In this document: positions 19,713 to 29,723 of the stretch, piece after piece | Layout: every line of letters starts with the position of its first letter | Numbering within the stretch: the stretch's first letter is position 1 | From: an uncultured Actinomycetota bacterium | GTDB lineage: Bacteria > Actinomycetota > Actinomycetes > Propionibacteriales > Kribbellaceae | Assembly: GCA_963822475.1 (NCBI GenBank) | Contig: CAWGHT010000013.1 | Location: 230,226 to 294,225, forward strand | DNA: 64,000 bases | Direction of reading: 5' to 3' | Position numbers and translations under genes: made by a program | Notes under the pieces: generated by a model | What the model saw: only the letters and a program-made list of their open reading frames with translations | Databases searched by the model: none | What the model was told of the DNA's origin: nothing

Positions 19713-20178
19713 GATTCGCCGCGCGGTGGTCGCGGATGCGGAGATCGTGCTGACCATGTTGCGCGAGCTGGCCGACTATCAGGACCAGGGCGCCTATCTG
19801 ACGGCGAGCGTCGAGGACTGGCAAGGGTTCCTCGGGCGCGAGGAGGTGATCGTGCTGATCGCGGAGTCCGGCGGCGAAGCGGCAGGGTACGTTTCCGCGC
19901 TGCGGCGACCGTACCTGTGGGTCGGCGGGGACCAGTTGGCGTTGGACGATCTCTATGTCCGTGAGCATTTCCGCGACGCCGGCGTCGGACGGAAACTCAT
20001 GCTGGAGCTGGCCCGGCACGCGCTGCCGGACCGGCTACCGATCGGCTGGGGCCTGCGTCTGGAGAACACGGCCGGCTACCGCTTCTACGAACGCCTCGGC
20101 GCCAAACTGGTCACCAAGACCGCAGCCGGCTGGTCCCCCGAGGCGTACGAGGCCCAGCTGACTGACGAGGTCACATAG
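19702..20178 (+). CDS. GNAT N-acetyltransferase
   Basis: LDDLYVREHFRDAGVGRKLM, NTAGYRFYERLG. Confidence 0.9.
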   Translation: MPIEIRRAVVADAEIVLTMLRELADYQDQGAYLTASVEDWQGFLGREEVIVLIAESGGEAAGYVSALRRPYLWVGGDQLALDDLYVREHFRDAGVGRKLMLELARHALPDRLPIGWGLRLENTAGYRFYERLGAKLVTKTAAGWSPEAYEAQLTDEVT

Positions 20179-20986
20179 CTTCGGTTGCCAGGTCCTGCCA
20201 GGCTTCCCAGGTCTTCAGCCGGTCGGCGTAGACCTGTTGCAGCATCGGGTAGCCCTGGGTTCCGAAGAAGATCCGGAGTGGCGGGTTGGGGGTGTCGGCG
20301 AGCTCGAGGATCGCACGGCCGGCCGCGGCGGGGTCGCCGAAGTCGGCCGATGCGACGTACGCCGACAGTGCGTCGCGCAGGTCGTCGTACAGCGGGTTCG
20401 GATCGGAGCGGACTCCGCCGGTGACGCCTTCGGTCGCGTAACCGCCGGGTGCGACCACCGTGACCTTGATGCCGAAGCCGGCGACCTCTTGGGCGAGCAC
20501 TTCGCTCAGTCCTTCCAAGGCCCACTTGGATGCGCAGTAGGCGCCGCCCATCGGGAGCCCCGTCAGGCCGGCCACCGAGGAGATCTGGATGATGCGACCG
20601 TCGCCCTGCTCACGCAGGTACGGGACGGCGGCCTGGGCGACCCAGAGCGGACCGAAGAAGTTCGTCTCGAACTGATCGCGCAACTGCGTCTCTTCGAGTT
20701 CCTCGACCGCTCCGGACAGGCCGTAGCCGGCGTTGTTGACGATCACGTCCAGGCGGCCGAAGTACGCGTGCGCTTGCTCGACGGCCTCGAAGACAGCTGC
20801 CTTGTCGGTGACGTCGAGGGCGAGTGGGAGTACTGCGTCGCCGTACGTCGCGGTCAACTCCGTGAGGCTCGTGCGCGCCGTCGCGGCCACCCGGTCCCCG
20901 CGGGACAGGGCGGCCTCGACGAAGCTGCGGCCGAGGCCGCGGGACGAGCCGGTGACGAACCAGACCTTGCTCTCTTCTGGGCTCAT
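20171..20986 (-). CDS. SDR family oxidoreductase
   Basis: VTGSSRGLG, NNAG, YCASK. Confidence 0.93.
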   Translation of the reverse strand: MSPEESKVWFVTGSSRGLGRSFVEAALSRGDRVAATARTSLTELTATYGDAVLPLALDVTDKAAVFEAVEQAHAYFGRLDVIVNNAGYGLSGAVEELEETQLRDQFETNFFGPLWVAQAAVPYLREQGDGRIIQISSVAGLTGLPMGGAYCASKWALEGLSEVLAQEVAGFGIKVTVVAPGGYATEGVTGGVRSDPNPLYDDLRDALSAYVASADFGDPAAAGRAILELADTPNPPLRIFFGTQGYPMLQQVYADRLKTWEAWQDLATEAM

Positions 20987-22311
20987 ACCGGCCGCACATT
21001 GTGGTTGCCGGCGAAAACGTTTTCCGGATCGTACTCGCGCTTCACCGCCGCGAGCCGTTCGTACGTCGCGCTCGGGTAGACCGCGGCCACATCAGCGTCC
21101 TCGGCCTCGGACAGGAAGTTCGCGTACGCGCCGTTGACGTGCGGGCTCAGCGTGTCCCACAGCTGTTCCCGCGCCGGACGCGTCGCCTCGATCACCGGCG
21201 GCGGACCAGCCGTCATCGTGACGAACATCAGCTCCGCCTGGCGATGCGCGTACGCCGTCGCGTCGTCGGCGACCTGCGCCACGGCCCCGCCGACGCTGCG
21301 GACTGCGATCACCGGAGAGCCCTGCGAGGTGCCGGCCTCGGCGAGGATCCGCAGTACCTCGGGCACGGAATCCTTGTCGACAAAGGCACTCCGGGTGGCG
21401 AACTGGATGCCGGGCGGCGGTACGAGGCCGTCCACGAGCACCTCGGCGTACGGCGTCAGCGCGACATCGTCGGCGATGACGGTGCCGAGTGCGCGGATCG
21501 GATCGATCGCCTGCGCGGCGAGTTCCGCGTCGTCACCGTCGTACGCGACCTGGATCTCCAGCGGCGCCTCGGGACCGCCGAGGAACGGGTTCGCGAACGA
21601 CGCGATCGAGGTCAGCTCAGCGGGCGCGGTGCGCAGGTACTCCGCCCAGCGGGGCAGCACGTCCGCGATCTCGTTCGCCGCGAACACGACCTTGCCGAAG
21701 TGGATGTCGGTCGTCGGGTGCGCCGCGAACTCGAACGCGGTCACGATCCCGAAGTTCCCGCCGCCACCGCGGATCGCCCAGAACAGCTCCTGGTTCTCGT
21801 CGGCGGACGCCCGTACGACGTCACCCGCGGCAGTCACGACCTCCGCGGCGACCAGGCTGTCCAGCGCGAGACCGTACTTGCGGACCTTCCACCCGATACC
21901 GCCGGTCAGCGTCAACCCGCCGACCCCGACGCTCTTGGTGTCACCCGACGAGATCGCCAGCCCGTGCGGCGCCAGCGCGGCCGCGACCTGCCCCCAGATG
22001 GCGCCGCCGCCGATCCGCACGACGTGCTTGTCCTTGTCCACGATCTCGATACCGGCCAGGTTGACGAGATCGATCACCACCCCGCCGTCGTTCGTCCCGA
22101 ATCCTGGGAACGCGTGTCCACCGCCGCGCACCGCGAGCGGCAGCCCGCGGCCGGCGGCGTACCGGACGGCCTTCTGGACGTCCTCGACGGTGGCCGGCCT
22201 GAGGACGTACGCCGGGCTGCCCCCGACCAGCACGGTCCGGCTCGCGGCGTCGTACCCGGGGTCTTCCGGCCCGACGATCTCTCCAGCGAATCCTTCGACT
22301 ACTGCGCTCAT
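20983..22311 (-). CDS. FAD-binding oxidoreductase (VAO/BBE family)
   Basis: VRGGGH, LFWAIRGGGGNFGIVT, KREYDPENVF. Confidence 0.93.
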   Translation of the reverse strand: MSAVVEGFAGEIVGPEDPGYDAASRTVLVGGSPAYVLRPATVEDVQKAVRYAAGRGLPLAVRGGGHAFPGFGTNDGGVVIDLVNLAGIEIVDKDKHVVRIGGGAIWGQVAAALAPHGLAISSGDTKSVGVGGLTLTGGIGWKVRKYGLALDSLVAAEVVTAAGDVVRASADENQELFWAIRGGGGNFGIVTAFEFAAHPTTDIHFGKVVFAANEIADVLPRWAEYLRTAPAELTSIASFANPFLGGPEAPLEIQVAYDGDDAELAAQAIDPIRALGTVIADDVALTPYAEVLVDGLVPPPGIQFATRSAFVDKDSVPEVLRILAEAGTSQGSPVIAVRSVGGAVAQVADDATAYAHRQAELMFVTMTAGPPPVIEATRPAREQLWDTLSPHVNGAYANFLSEAEDADVAAVYPSATYERLAAVKREYDPENVFAGNHNVRPV

Positions 22312-22405
22312 GACGTTCCTTTGCGTTTGCCCTCATCGAACAAACACCTGACGCCCGCCGAGCGCCCCGTGTGACGTGAACAACGCCACATCACAAAACA
22401 GGGGG

Positions 22406-22780
22406 CTATTTCGTCTGCGCGTCGGCCTTGTGGCTGAACGCGCACCGCCACCCCGCCGGCGTCTGCACCCAGACCTGGCTGATCCACTCGTCCGCGACGT
22501 ACGACGCACCTTCCCAGGAGCCCGTACTGGTCTTGCGTGCCGTGAGTACGACGGCATCCCCGGTGCGCGCGATCCGCTGTTCCCCGTCCACTCGCATGCT
22601 GTGGTGAGCGAGCCGCCCGTCCGCGATCCAGCCGAGAATGTCGGCCCTGGCGACCGGCCCGGTCGAGCCGACGTACACCCAGTCATCCGTCATGAAGGAC
22701 CCGACCTCGCCGGCCTCGTTCCCGACAAGAATCCGATCCCACTCAGCCGCCACCGCGCATACCTGCTCTTCGACCGTCAT
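22406..22780 (-). CDS. NTF2-like/DUF4440 protein
   Basis: FMTDDWVYVG, SQVWVQTPAGWRCAFSH. Confidence 0.8.
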   Translation of the reverse strand: MTVEEQVCAVAAEWDRILVGNEAGEVGSFMTDDWVYVGSTGPVARADILGWIADGRLAHHSMRVDGEQRIARTGDAVVLTARKTSTGSWEGASYVADEWISQVWVQTPAGWRCAFSHKADAQTK

Positions 22781-22794
22781 ACGACCATCGTTCC

Positions 22795-23640
22795 CTAGCG
22801 CAGGCGGATCGTCACCAGGGTGGTTTCGATGCCGCTGTCGACCAGGTTGCCGTCGGCATCGAAGGCGTCCGGTCCGTCGGTCATTCCGAAGTCGTTGTCG
22901 TTGATCACGACGAGGGTGTTGTGCGGCAGCAGCGCAACACCCTCGATCTTCTTGGGTGCGCCCTTGACCGTGTTCAGGTCGAGGAAGGGCGTCTTGGTGA
23001 GCGCCGGTGCGTCGACCGATGCCTCGTACGACGGTGTGGTCGCGGCGTCGTCCCACTTGGAGCCGAGGATGTTGGCGGACGGCCGCAGTACGACGCGCTG
23101 CAACCGGGCGGCGTTGTCGGTCCGCTCCTCGACCAGCAGCGTTTCGGGGCCTGCGGCAACGATCGACGAGATCTTCAGTTCACTGGTGTCGTCCTCGCCC
23201 GGGTCGACCACGCCGACCGGGTCGAACCGGTACGCGTACTCAGCCGTCACCTTCCCGGCGCGCGGTGAGAACCTCAGGAGTCGCGTGTTGAGCGAGGCCT
23301 CGCCGACCTTCTTGCTCGGGTTCGACAGGGGGCTCTGCAGCGCCAGGACCAGGTCGCCGCCGGGCAGTTGCGCGAGGCCTTCGAAGCCGCGGTTGATCTT
23401 GCGGGTCAGGAAGATCGCGGGCAGCGACTCGATCACCGGGTAGTCGGCGCCCTGCAGGTTCAGGCCCTTCGGGACGTACCGCGCGAGCACCTGGCCGCGG
23501 CTCGAGACGTGCACCAGCGAGGGGCTGTACTCGTCGACGAGCCAGAACGTTCCGTCGTACGCCCGGACGATGCCCTCGGTGTCGAGACCGTTCGGGTTGA
23601 CGGGGAGACGCGTCGAGGCGTCGTACGCCGAGACATCCCC
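22795..23640 (-). pseudogene. Esterase-like activity of phytase family protein, apparently lacking its N-terminal part
   Basis: NGLDTEGIV, FWLVDEYSP, NRGFEG, ALQSPL, KIEG, NDNDFG; no signal peptide or N-terminal propeller blades upstream. Confidence 0.6.
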
Positions 23641-23794
23641 AACTCCCCTCAAACCGGTCCCCGCGACCCTCACCCGCCCAAATGAACACCACCACCCCAT
23701 CCCATGAACCCCCGGTGGCTGGTTGTTTGAGCGGTGGCGGGTCGTAGAGGGTTAGGGGTGAAACAACCCGCCAGCGGCGCGATGGGAGGGTGGG

Positions 23795-24664
23795 GTGGTG
23801 ATCTATCGGTTTTCGGTTGGGCGGTTGGAGTGTGTCGTGGTGAGCGACGGTCAGCCGGGGCCGCCGTTCGAGCCGCGGTTGGGGGAGTTCTTCACGCCTG
23901 AGTCCGGCGTACCTGACGACATACTGCGGGACGCGTCTCGGGGGCGTTCGACGCTGACCTGTGGCTACAACTGTCTGTTCGTGAGTACGCCGGACGGGAC
24001 GGCGGTGATTGATACGGGGCTGGGGGCGAGCTTTCTCGGGTACGGCGAGTACATCGAGCCGCTCGTCGGACAGTTGGACGACGGCATGACTACCGCCGGA
24101 CTGTCACGGTCGGAGTTGGCTGCGGTCGTGTTCACGCATCTCCACCAGGATCATTCGCGCGGCGCGATCTGGTCGGGGGAGCTGACCTTCCCCGCGGCGA
24201 CGGCGTTCGCGCATGCGTCGGAGGTCGCGTTCTGGTCCGGCTCAGTCGATCTGCCGTCGGCGCAGCCGCATCTTGAGGCTGCTCGGGAAACCATCCGCCT
24301 GTTCGGCGAGAAGCTGCAGCCGTTCGAGTACGACGCGGAGATCCTGCCCGGCGTACACACTCTCTCCGCGCCCGGTCACACCCCCGGCCACTCCGCCATC
24401 CTCCTGCAGTCCCAAGGCGAACGACTGCTCTGTGTAGGCGACACCTTCTACGACCCGCTCCAACTCACCAACCCCGCCTGGGCGACCCCGTGGGACCTGG
24501 ACGCGCCGGCATCCATCACCACCCGGCGCCAACTCCTGTCCCGCGCCGCCGACGAACACCTCCTGATCCACGCCTACCACCTCCCGTTCCCAGGCCTAGG
24601 CCACGTCCAACACAACGGCCCCACCTACACCTGGCACCCGGTCGACGTACCGACCAACGGGTAG
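23795..24664 (+). CDS. MBL-fold metallo-hydrolase
   Basis: IDTG, THLHQDH (HxHxDH), PGHTPGH, VGD, AYHLPFPG. Confidence 0.92.
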   Translation: MVIYRFSVGRLECVVVSDGQPGPPFEPRLGEFFTPESGVPDDILRDASRGRSTLTCGYNCLFVSTPDGTAVIDTGLGASFLGYGEYIEPLVGQLDDGMTTAGLSRSELAAVVFTHLHQDHSRGAIWSGELTFPAATAFAHASEVAFWSGSVDLPSAQPHLEAARETIRLFGEKLQPFEYDAEILPGVHTLSAPGHTPGHSAILLQSQGERLLCVGDTFYDPLQLTNPAWATPWDLDAPASITTRRQLLSRAADEHLLIHAYHLPFPGLGHVQHNGPTYTWHPVDVPTNG

Positions 24665-24793
24665 TACTCCTGCGAGTCGAGCACCGCGAGCCGAACGCCC
24701 CACGTCCACCCGCGTTCACAACTCTCCAGGCGTGCACCACTACCCGTTGGTCGGTACGCGGCAGCCGTCGCCGCGGCCGCGCAGACGATCGAA

Positions 24794-27700
24794 TTACGGA
24801 AGGACCCACTTCTGGTTCAGCGCGCTGTTGCAGGTGTTGAGGATCAGCTTCGTGCCGTTGGCGGTGGAGCCGCCCGTGGCGTCGAGACAGAGTCCTGCGG
24901 CGGCGTTGACGAAGGCCCCGTTCGTTTGCGGGATCCACCGTTGGCCGGGGGAGTTGTCGCAGGTCCACAGCACTGCGGGGGTGTTGAGAGCGGTGCCGCG
25001 GGCGGAGAGGCACTTGCCCATCGTGCGTACGGTGCCGTCTTCCATCGATGGCGTCCACTGCTGGTTGACCGCACCCTTGCAGGTGTAGAGCGTCGTCGGC
25101 GTACCGTCGGCGGTCGACGCCTGGTACACGTCGATGCACTTGCCTCCGATTCCGGTGGCCGGCCCGGTGTCCTGGTACACCCCGAACTCCCAGAACGAGT
25201 AGTAGCTCCCGGCAACGGCTCGCTTCGTCGCGACCATCCGGACGTACCGCGCGTAGTTCGGCGTGAACGTGACGAGGTCCGTCCCGCCGTCCCCGCTCAC
25301 CGTCGACGACACGGTCTTCCACGTACGCCCGCTCCCGGAAACCTGGAGCTGATACGACTTCGCGTACGCCGTCGACAACCAGTTCATCATCACGCGGTTG
25401 ACCACTTGGACGGATCCGAGATCGACCTGGAACCATTGCGGATCCCTGCGGGCACTGGACCACGCCGTACTCATCGAACCGTCCGTGGCCTTCGACGCCT
25501 CGCGCCCCGCAAGATAGGTGCTCGAGGCAACAGCGGGACGACCGCGGGCAAGGTTTCGCTTCGTGGCGAAGGCGGCCGTGTACGTCGTCGGCGTCGCCGG
25601 CGCAACCAGGTTGTGGTCACGCGCCCCACCGTCCGACCACGACCCGAACCGGTAGAGCTGGTTCGCCACATTCGGCACCGGATCCGCCGCCACCGAAACG
25701 CTCGACCCAACGATCGTCGTGACCCCGAGCGGACTCTTCCCGCTCTTGTCGAGCACCGTCACCGGCAAGCCGGTCGGTGTGGTCGCGAAGGACATCCCGA
25801 CCGTCTTCGGATCGAGCCGCACGCTCTTCGAGTCCGTCAGCCCTTGAGCATCCCGCGCCGTCAGTTTCAGCTCGAGGTACGACGGATACTCGTGATCCGG
25901 CGCCGTGAACGAGCCGCTCGCCCCGGTGAATGTCGTGATCGTATGCGTGTGGCAATCACTCGGGCAGTGATGCATGATCAGCGACCACGTCAACGCGGAC
26001 CCCGGCAACGTCCCTTGCTCGGGATCCGTCGCCGAACCCGAGAAGTTGATGGTGTCCCCAACCTTCCACGTCGTCGCCGGACCAGGAGACGTGATCGTGG
26101 CGGTCGGCGCGGTGTTCGCGACATTGATCTGCGTGGTCGTCGTACTGCTCGCCGTACCGTCGGACACCCGCAATCGCGCGGTGACGGTGCCGGTAGTTGT
26201 GTACGTGTGCTGCGCCACCGAGGCTGTGGAGTCGTCGTACGCCCCGTCGCCGTCGAGGTCCCATGCGTACGTGAGCGGATCGCCGTCGGCGTCGTCGGAC
26301 GCTGTCCCGTCGAACGTCACCGTCAACGGCGTCGGCCCGCTCGACGGGTCGGCGTCGATCACAGCGGTCGGCGGATTGTTCGTGCCGTTGTAGACGTAGC
26401 GGAGGATCCGGCCGTTGTCGTAGTCGACCGTGAAGAGGTCGCCGCCGGGACCCGTCTGCAGGCGAGTGGTGCCGTACCCGGACGCGAAGAGCTGGATGTT
26501 CGCGGGATCCGGAAGGCCGTTGGTCCCCGGCATCATCGCCCACACGCACCTACGGCTGTAGTCGCTGAAGAACAGCGCGCCGTCGTACGTCGAGGGGTAG
26601 TTTCCGCCCTTGTAGAACGTGAGCCCGGAGATGGACGAACTGCCGGTGGAGCATGTCCCGGCGACCTGATCGCTGTGCTTGTAGGCGTAGTACGGCGAGG
26701 TGACCGCGGACGGTCCTGCCGCGTAGAGGTTCTCGCAGATGTTGACGTTCGCGCCGTCGAACCCGGGGTGGCGGGCCGAGCCTTCGTAGCACGGCCAGCC
26801 GAAGTTGGTGACGCCCGCGGTCGGTACGACGACGCGGTCGATCTCTTCCCAGTTCGCGGCCCCGACGTCACCGATCCACAGCTCGCTCGTCCCGGTCCGG
26901 AACGTGAACCGCATCGGGTTCCGCAGACCTTCCGCGACGATCCGGCGGGCGTTCAGGTCGGGGCTGCTGATCAACGGGTTGTTCGGCGCGGCCTGTCCGG
27001 TGTCGGGATCGATGCGGATGATCGAGCCGTCCAGACCGGTCGGATCGCTTGCTGTGCGTAGATCCTGCGCTCGCAGTGCGCCACCTTCGGCCGTCGGTGG
27101 AGTGAGAGTCGCGCCGACCGGCGCCGGCCCGTCACCACATGGATTGTCGGGCGTCAGATCGGAGGCGGGAAAGCTGTCCTGCCCGTAGTCGATGTAGTTG
27201 AAGCTGCCGCCGTCGCCGCCGCCGGCGTACAGGAACCCGTCGGGGCCGAATTCGATCGAGCCGATCGAGTGGCTCGGGTACACCTGGCACCAGTCTTCGA
27301 CGAGCACCTGCTCGGCGCCGTTCGCGTTGAGGACCGAGAGTCGCGCACTGGCCTGGCATCCGTCGCCGGTCGGACCGGGCGGCGACGGGCACGGGTCGGC
27401 GTCGGTGTCCGGCGTACCCCACTTGGGCGTCGGCCCGCCGATCAGGCCGTCGTGCGTGTACAGCACGTAGATCCGTGGATCTGCGGGGAAATCAGGATGC
27501 AGCGCCAATCCGAGAAGCCCGCGATCCCAATAGTTGTAGACCTCGGTCCGCAGGTCGGCGTACACGCTGGGCGTCGGATCGTCGAGCGAGTCGAAGACCT
27601 TGATCAGGCCGCTCTTCTCGGCGACGAACACCCGGCCGTCCGGCGAGAACGCGACGTTCGTCGGACTGCTCAGTCCGGTGAACGCCACCTGCTCACTGAA

Positions 27701-27811
27701 ACCGGTCGGCGTGACAGCAGCGCGTGCCGGCGTGATCGCGACAAGCGGCAGCAGCAGTACGACGCACAACGTGGACAGCGCGCAACGCAGCCACCGGGCA
27801 GAAATCCTCAC
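24794..27811 (-). CDS. Secreted PQQ-dependent glucose/sorbosone dehydrogenase-like protein with PKD, F5/8C (CBM32) and ricin-B (CBM13) modules
   Basis: Signal peptide; GLLGLALHP, GLRNPMRF, NFGWPCYEG; PKD YAWDLDGDG; NLARGRPAVASS; GKCIDV...NQQW...NQKW. Confidence 0.9.
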   Translation of the reverse strand: MRISARWLRCALSTLCVVLLLPLVAITPARAAVTPTGFSEQVAFTGLSSPTNVAFSPDGRVFVAEKSGLIKVFDSLDDPTPSVYADLRTEVYNYWDRGLLGLALHPDFPADPRIYVLYTHDGLIGGPTPKWGTPDTDADPCPSPPGPTGDGCQASARLSVLNANGAEQVLVEDWCQVYPSHSIGSIEFGPDGFLYAGGGDGGSFNYIDYGQDSFPASDLTPDNPCGDGPAPVGATLTPPTAEGGALRAQDLRTASDPTGLDGSIIRIDPDTGQAAPNNPLISSPDLNARRIVAEGLRNPMRFTFRTGTSELWIGDVGAANWEEIDRVVVPTAGVTNFGWPCYEGSARHPGFDGANVNICENLYAAGPSAVTSPYYAYKHSDQVAGTCSTGSSSISGLTFYKGGNYPSTYDGALFFSDYSRRCVWAMMPGTNGLPDPANIQLFASGYGTTRLQTGPGGDLFTVDYDNGRILRYVYNGTNNPPTAVIDADPSSGPTPLTVTFDGTASDDADGDPLTYAWDLDGDGAYDDSTASVAQHTYTTTGTVTARLRVSDGTASSTTTTQINVANTAPTATITSPGPATTWKVGDTINFSGSATDPEQGTLPGSALTWSLIMHHCPSDCHTHTITTFTGASGSFTAPDHEYPSYLELKLTARDAQGLTDSKSVRLDPKTVGMSFATTPTGLPVTVLDKSGKSPLGVTTIVGSSVSVAADPVPNVANQLYRFGSWSDGGARDHNLVAPATPTTYTAAFATKRNLARGRPAVASSTYLAGREASKATDGSMSTAWSSARRDPQWFQVDLGSVQVVNRVMMNWLSTAYAKSYQLQVSGSGRTWKTVSSTVSGDGGTDLVTFTPNYARYVRMVATKRAVAGSYYSFWEFGVYQDTGPATGIGGKCIDVYQASTADGTPTTLYTCKGAVNQQWTPSMEDGTVRTMGKCLSARGTALNTPAVLWTCDNSPGQRWIPQTNGAFVNAAAGLCLDATGGSTANGTKLILNTCNSALNQKWVLP

Positions 27812-28159
27812 AAAGTCCCCCAGGCCAGAAGTCCGGCACCCGGCCCCTCACAACCCCCTGCGGGCACTCGGACCGCGCCAGGATGACCTCATCCACGGAC
27901 CCGGCGCAACCCCCGGCCCGCATTCGTTTCAAACACTCCACCGCACGTCTACCCGCAGTCAGATCCCCCTCGCTCTCTGTACGACGAACTCCAACCGATC
28001 AACGCCTCGAGCTGTCGGACGTAGTTCCGGTTGAGCAGCGTCACGGCACGTCACGGATAGTTGCCGACAGCCCCCGTTCCGTCGGTGATCGGGATCCCCG
28101 AGCCCGAGAATCTCGGACTCCAGCTTGGGCAGCGTCCACCGGCGGCGTAACGTGAGCGC

Positions 28160-29071
28160 GTGCCAGACCCCGTGCGAGCGAGCCTGCGCGAACTGCCGGC
28201 CGAGCCGGGTGTCTACCGCTTCCGCGACGACGCCGGGAAGGTTCTGTACATCGGCCGGGCCCGCAATCTGCGGCGGCGTGTGCAGTCGTACTGGGTGAAT
28301 CTCGGCGACCGGCCGCATCTCCAGCGGATGGTACGGCGGATCGCCCGGGTGGAAGGTGTTTGGTGCGATTCCGAGCACGAAGCGGCCTGGCTCGAACGCA
28401 ATCTGCTCGAACATTCCAAGCCGCGCTGGAACCGTACCGAGGGCGGCGCGGAGGTCGTCGGATACATCCGGCTCGCCGACGGATCCAAACCCGGCTTGCG
28501 TTTCGAGCACACGGTCAGCGGTGGCGGGCAGCATTTCGGACCGTACCTCGGTGGCCTGCGGATCCGCCAGGCGATCTCGGGGCTGCATCGGGTGCTGCCG
28601 CTGCAGTACACCGTGGCGGGCGACGGTTCGGCCGAGGAGTTCGGTCGGCTGTTCGGGATCGGGCCGGCGGATCGGGACACGTTGGCTCGGACGGCGATCG
28701 CCGTACTTCTGAAGGAACCGGCGGCGGTCGAGGCGTTGCGGGACGAGCTGGTACGACGGCGTGACCGGGCGGCCGGTGAGCTGCGATACGAGTTCGCGGC
28801 GAAGGTGCAGGGGGAGATCGAGGCACTCGAGTGGATCTGTTCCGAGCAGAAGGTTGCGTGGATGGAGCCGCGGGACGCGGAGGTGTACGGGTGGGCGGAC
28901 GGCGTACTCGTGCGATTCGAGCTGCGGGGCGGGCGGATGTGCACGTGGACGCAGCGCGCGGTGAGCGAGGCGACGGCGCGAGAGCGGGTGGCGGCGACGC
29001 CTGAGTTGTGGAGGCCGTTCGCCCAGCGCAACGCCGAACTCGCCGTACGCCTGCTCAAGGTGACTTCCTGA
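28160..29071 (+). CDS. GIY-YIG nuclease with UVR domain (Cho/UvrC N-terminal-like)
   Basis: PGVYRF...VLYIGRARNLRRRVQSY, EAAWLE, KPRWN, coiled coil ELRYEFAAKVQGEI. Confidence 0.85.
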   Translation: MPDPVRASLRELPAEPGVYRFRDDAGKVLYIGRARNLRRRVQSYWVNLGDRPHLQRMVRRIARVEGVWCDSEHEAAWLERNLLEHSKPRWNRTEGGAEVVGYIRLADGSKPGLRFEHTVSGGGQHFGPYLGGLRIRQAISGLHRVLPLQYTVAGDGSAEEFGRLFGIGPADRDTLARTAIAVLLKEPAAVEALRDELVRRRDRAAGELRYEFAAKVQGEIEALEWICSEQKVAWMEPRDAEVYGWADGVLVRFELRGGRMCTWTQRAVSEATARERVAATPELWRPFAQRNAELAVRLLKVTS

Positions 29072-29090
29072 TTACCTAGCATGGTGTCCC

Positions 29091-29711
29091 ATGACGCAGC
29101 CGCCTGGTCCCTATCCGCCCGGACCACCGCCGTACGCGCCGGTTCCTCCGAACCGATCGAAAGGTCCGCTGCTCGTCGTCGGCGGTCTCGTCCTGCTGCT
29201 CGTCGTGGTGATCGTCACCGGCCTCGTCCTGTTCTTGAACCGCGGCGACAGCAAACCGGCCGCGCACGAGTCCACCCCGCCGGCCCGCACCAAACCGTCC
29301 GACCCGAAGGCAGTCGAGTTCCGCCGCGTGCTCACCTCGAAGCCCGGCCACTGCGCGACCCCGTCGCCGGCCGGTACGGCGTGTGACGACCAGGGCAACG
29401 TCTACACGCTGGGCAAGGTCGAGCTCGACGGCAGCAACGTGTCCGAGGTGAAGGCCGGTTTCGACCCGGCCAGAGGCACCTCGTGGTACGTGAACCTCAA
29501 CCTCGACCCGCAGGGCACCAAGCTGTTCGGCCAGCTGACCGCCAGCATCGCCAAGCAGGCACCGCCGGCGAATCTGCTGGCGATCGTCGTCCACGGCGAG
29601 GTGGCCGCGGCGCCGGCCGTGCAGTCCGCGATCACCGGCGGCGAGGTGCAGATCTCCGGCGGTTACACCCGCGACACCGCCGAGGCACTCGCCAAGAAGA
29701 TCACCGGCTAG
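29091..29711 (+). CDS. Membrane-anchored SecDF P1-head-like domain protein
   Basis: Pro-rich N-terminus, 1 TM, LAIVVHGEVAAAPAVQSAITGGEVQISG. Confidence 0.75.
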   Translation: MTQPPGPYPPGPPPYAPVPPNRSKGPLLVVGGLVLLLVVVIVTGLVLFLNRGDSKPAAHESTPPARTKPSDPKAVEFRRVLTSKPGHCATPSPAGTACDDQGNVYTLGKVELDGSNVSEVKAGFDPARGTSWYVNLNLDPQGTKLFGQLTASIAKQAPPANLLAIVVHGEVAAAPAVQSAITGGEVQISGGYTRDTAEALAKKITG

Positions 29712-29723
29712 CCGCGGGTTGCG

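Noticed and set aside
22370-22397. Imperfect inverted repeat tgtgacgtg...cacatcaca as a CRP site or terminator
   Set aside because: The spacing does not fit TGTGA-N6-TCACA and the stem is weak; no function can be supported
27812-28159. sRNA, riboswitch or gene relic in the 350-bp divergent gap
   Set aside because: No recognisable conserved structure or protein motif by eye
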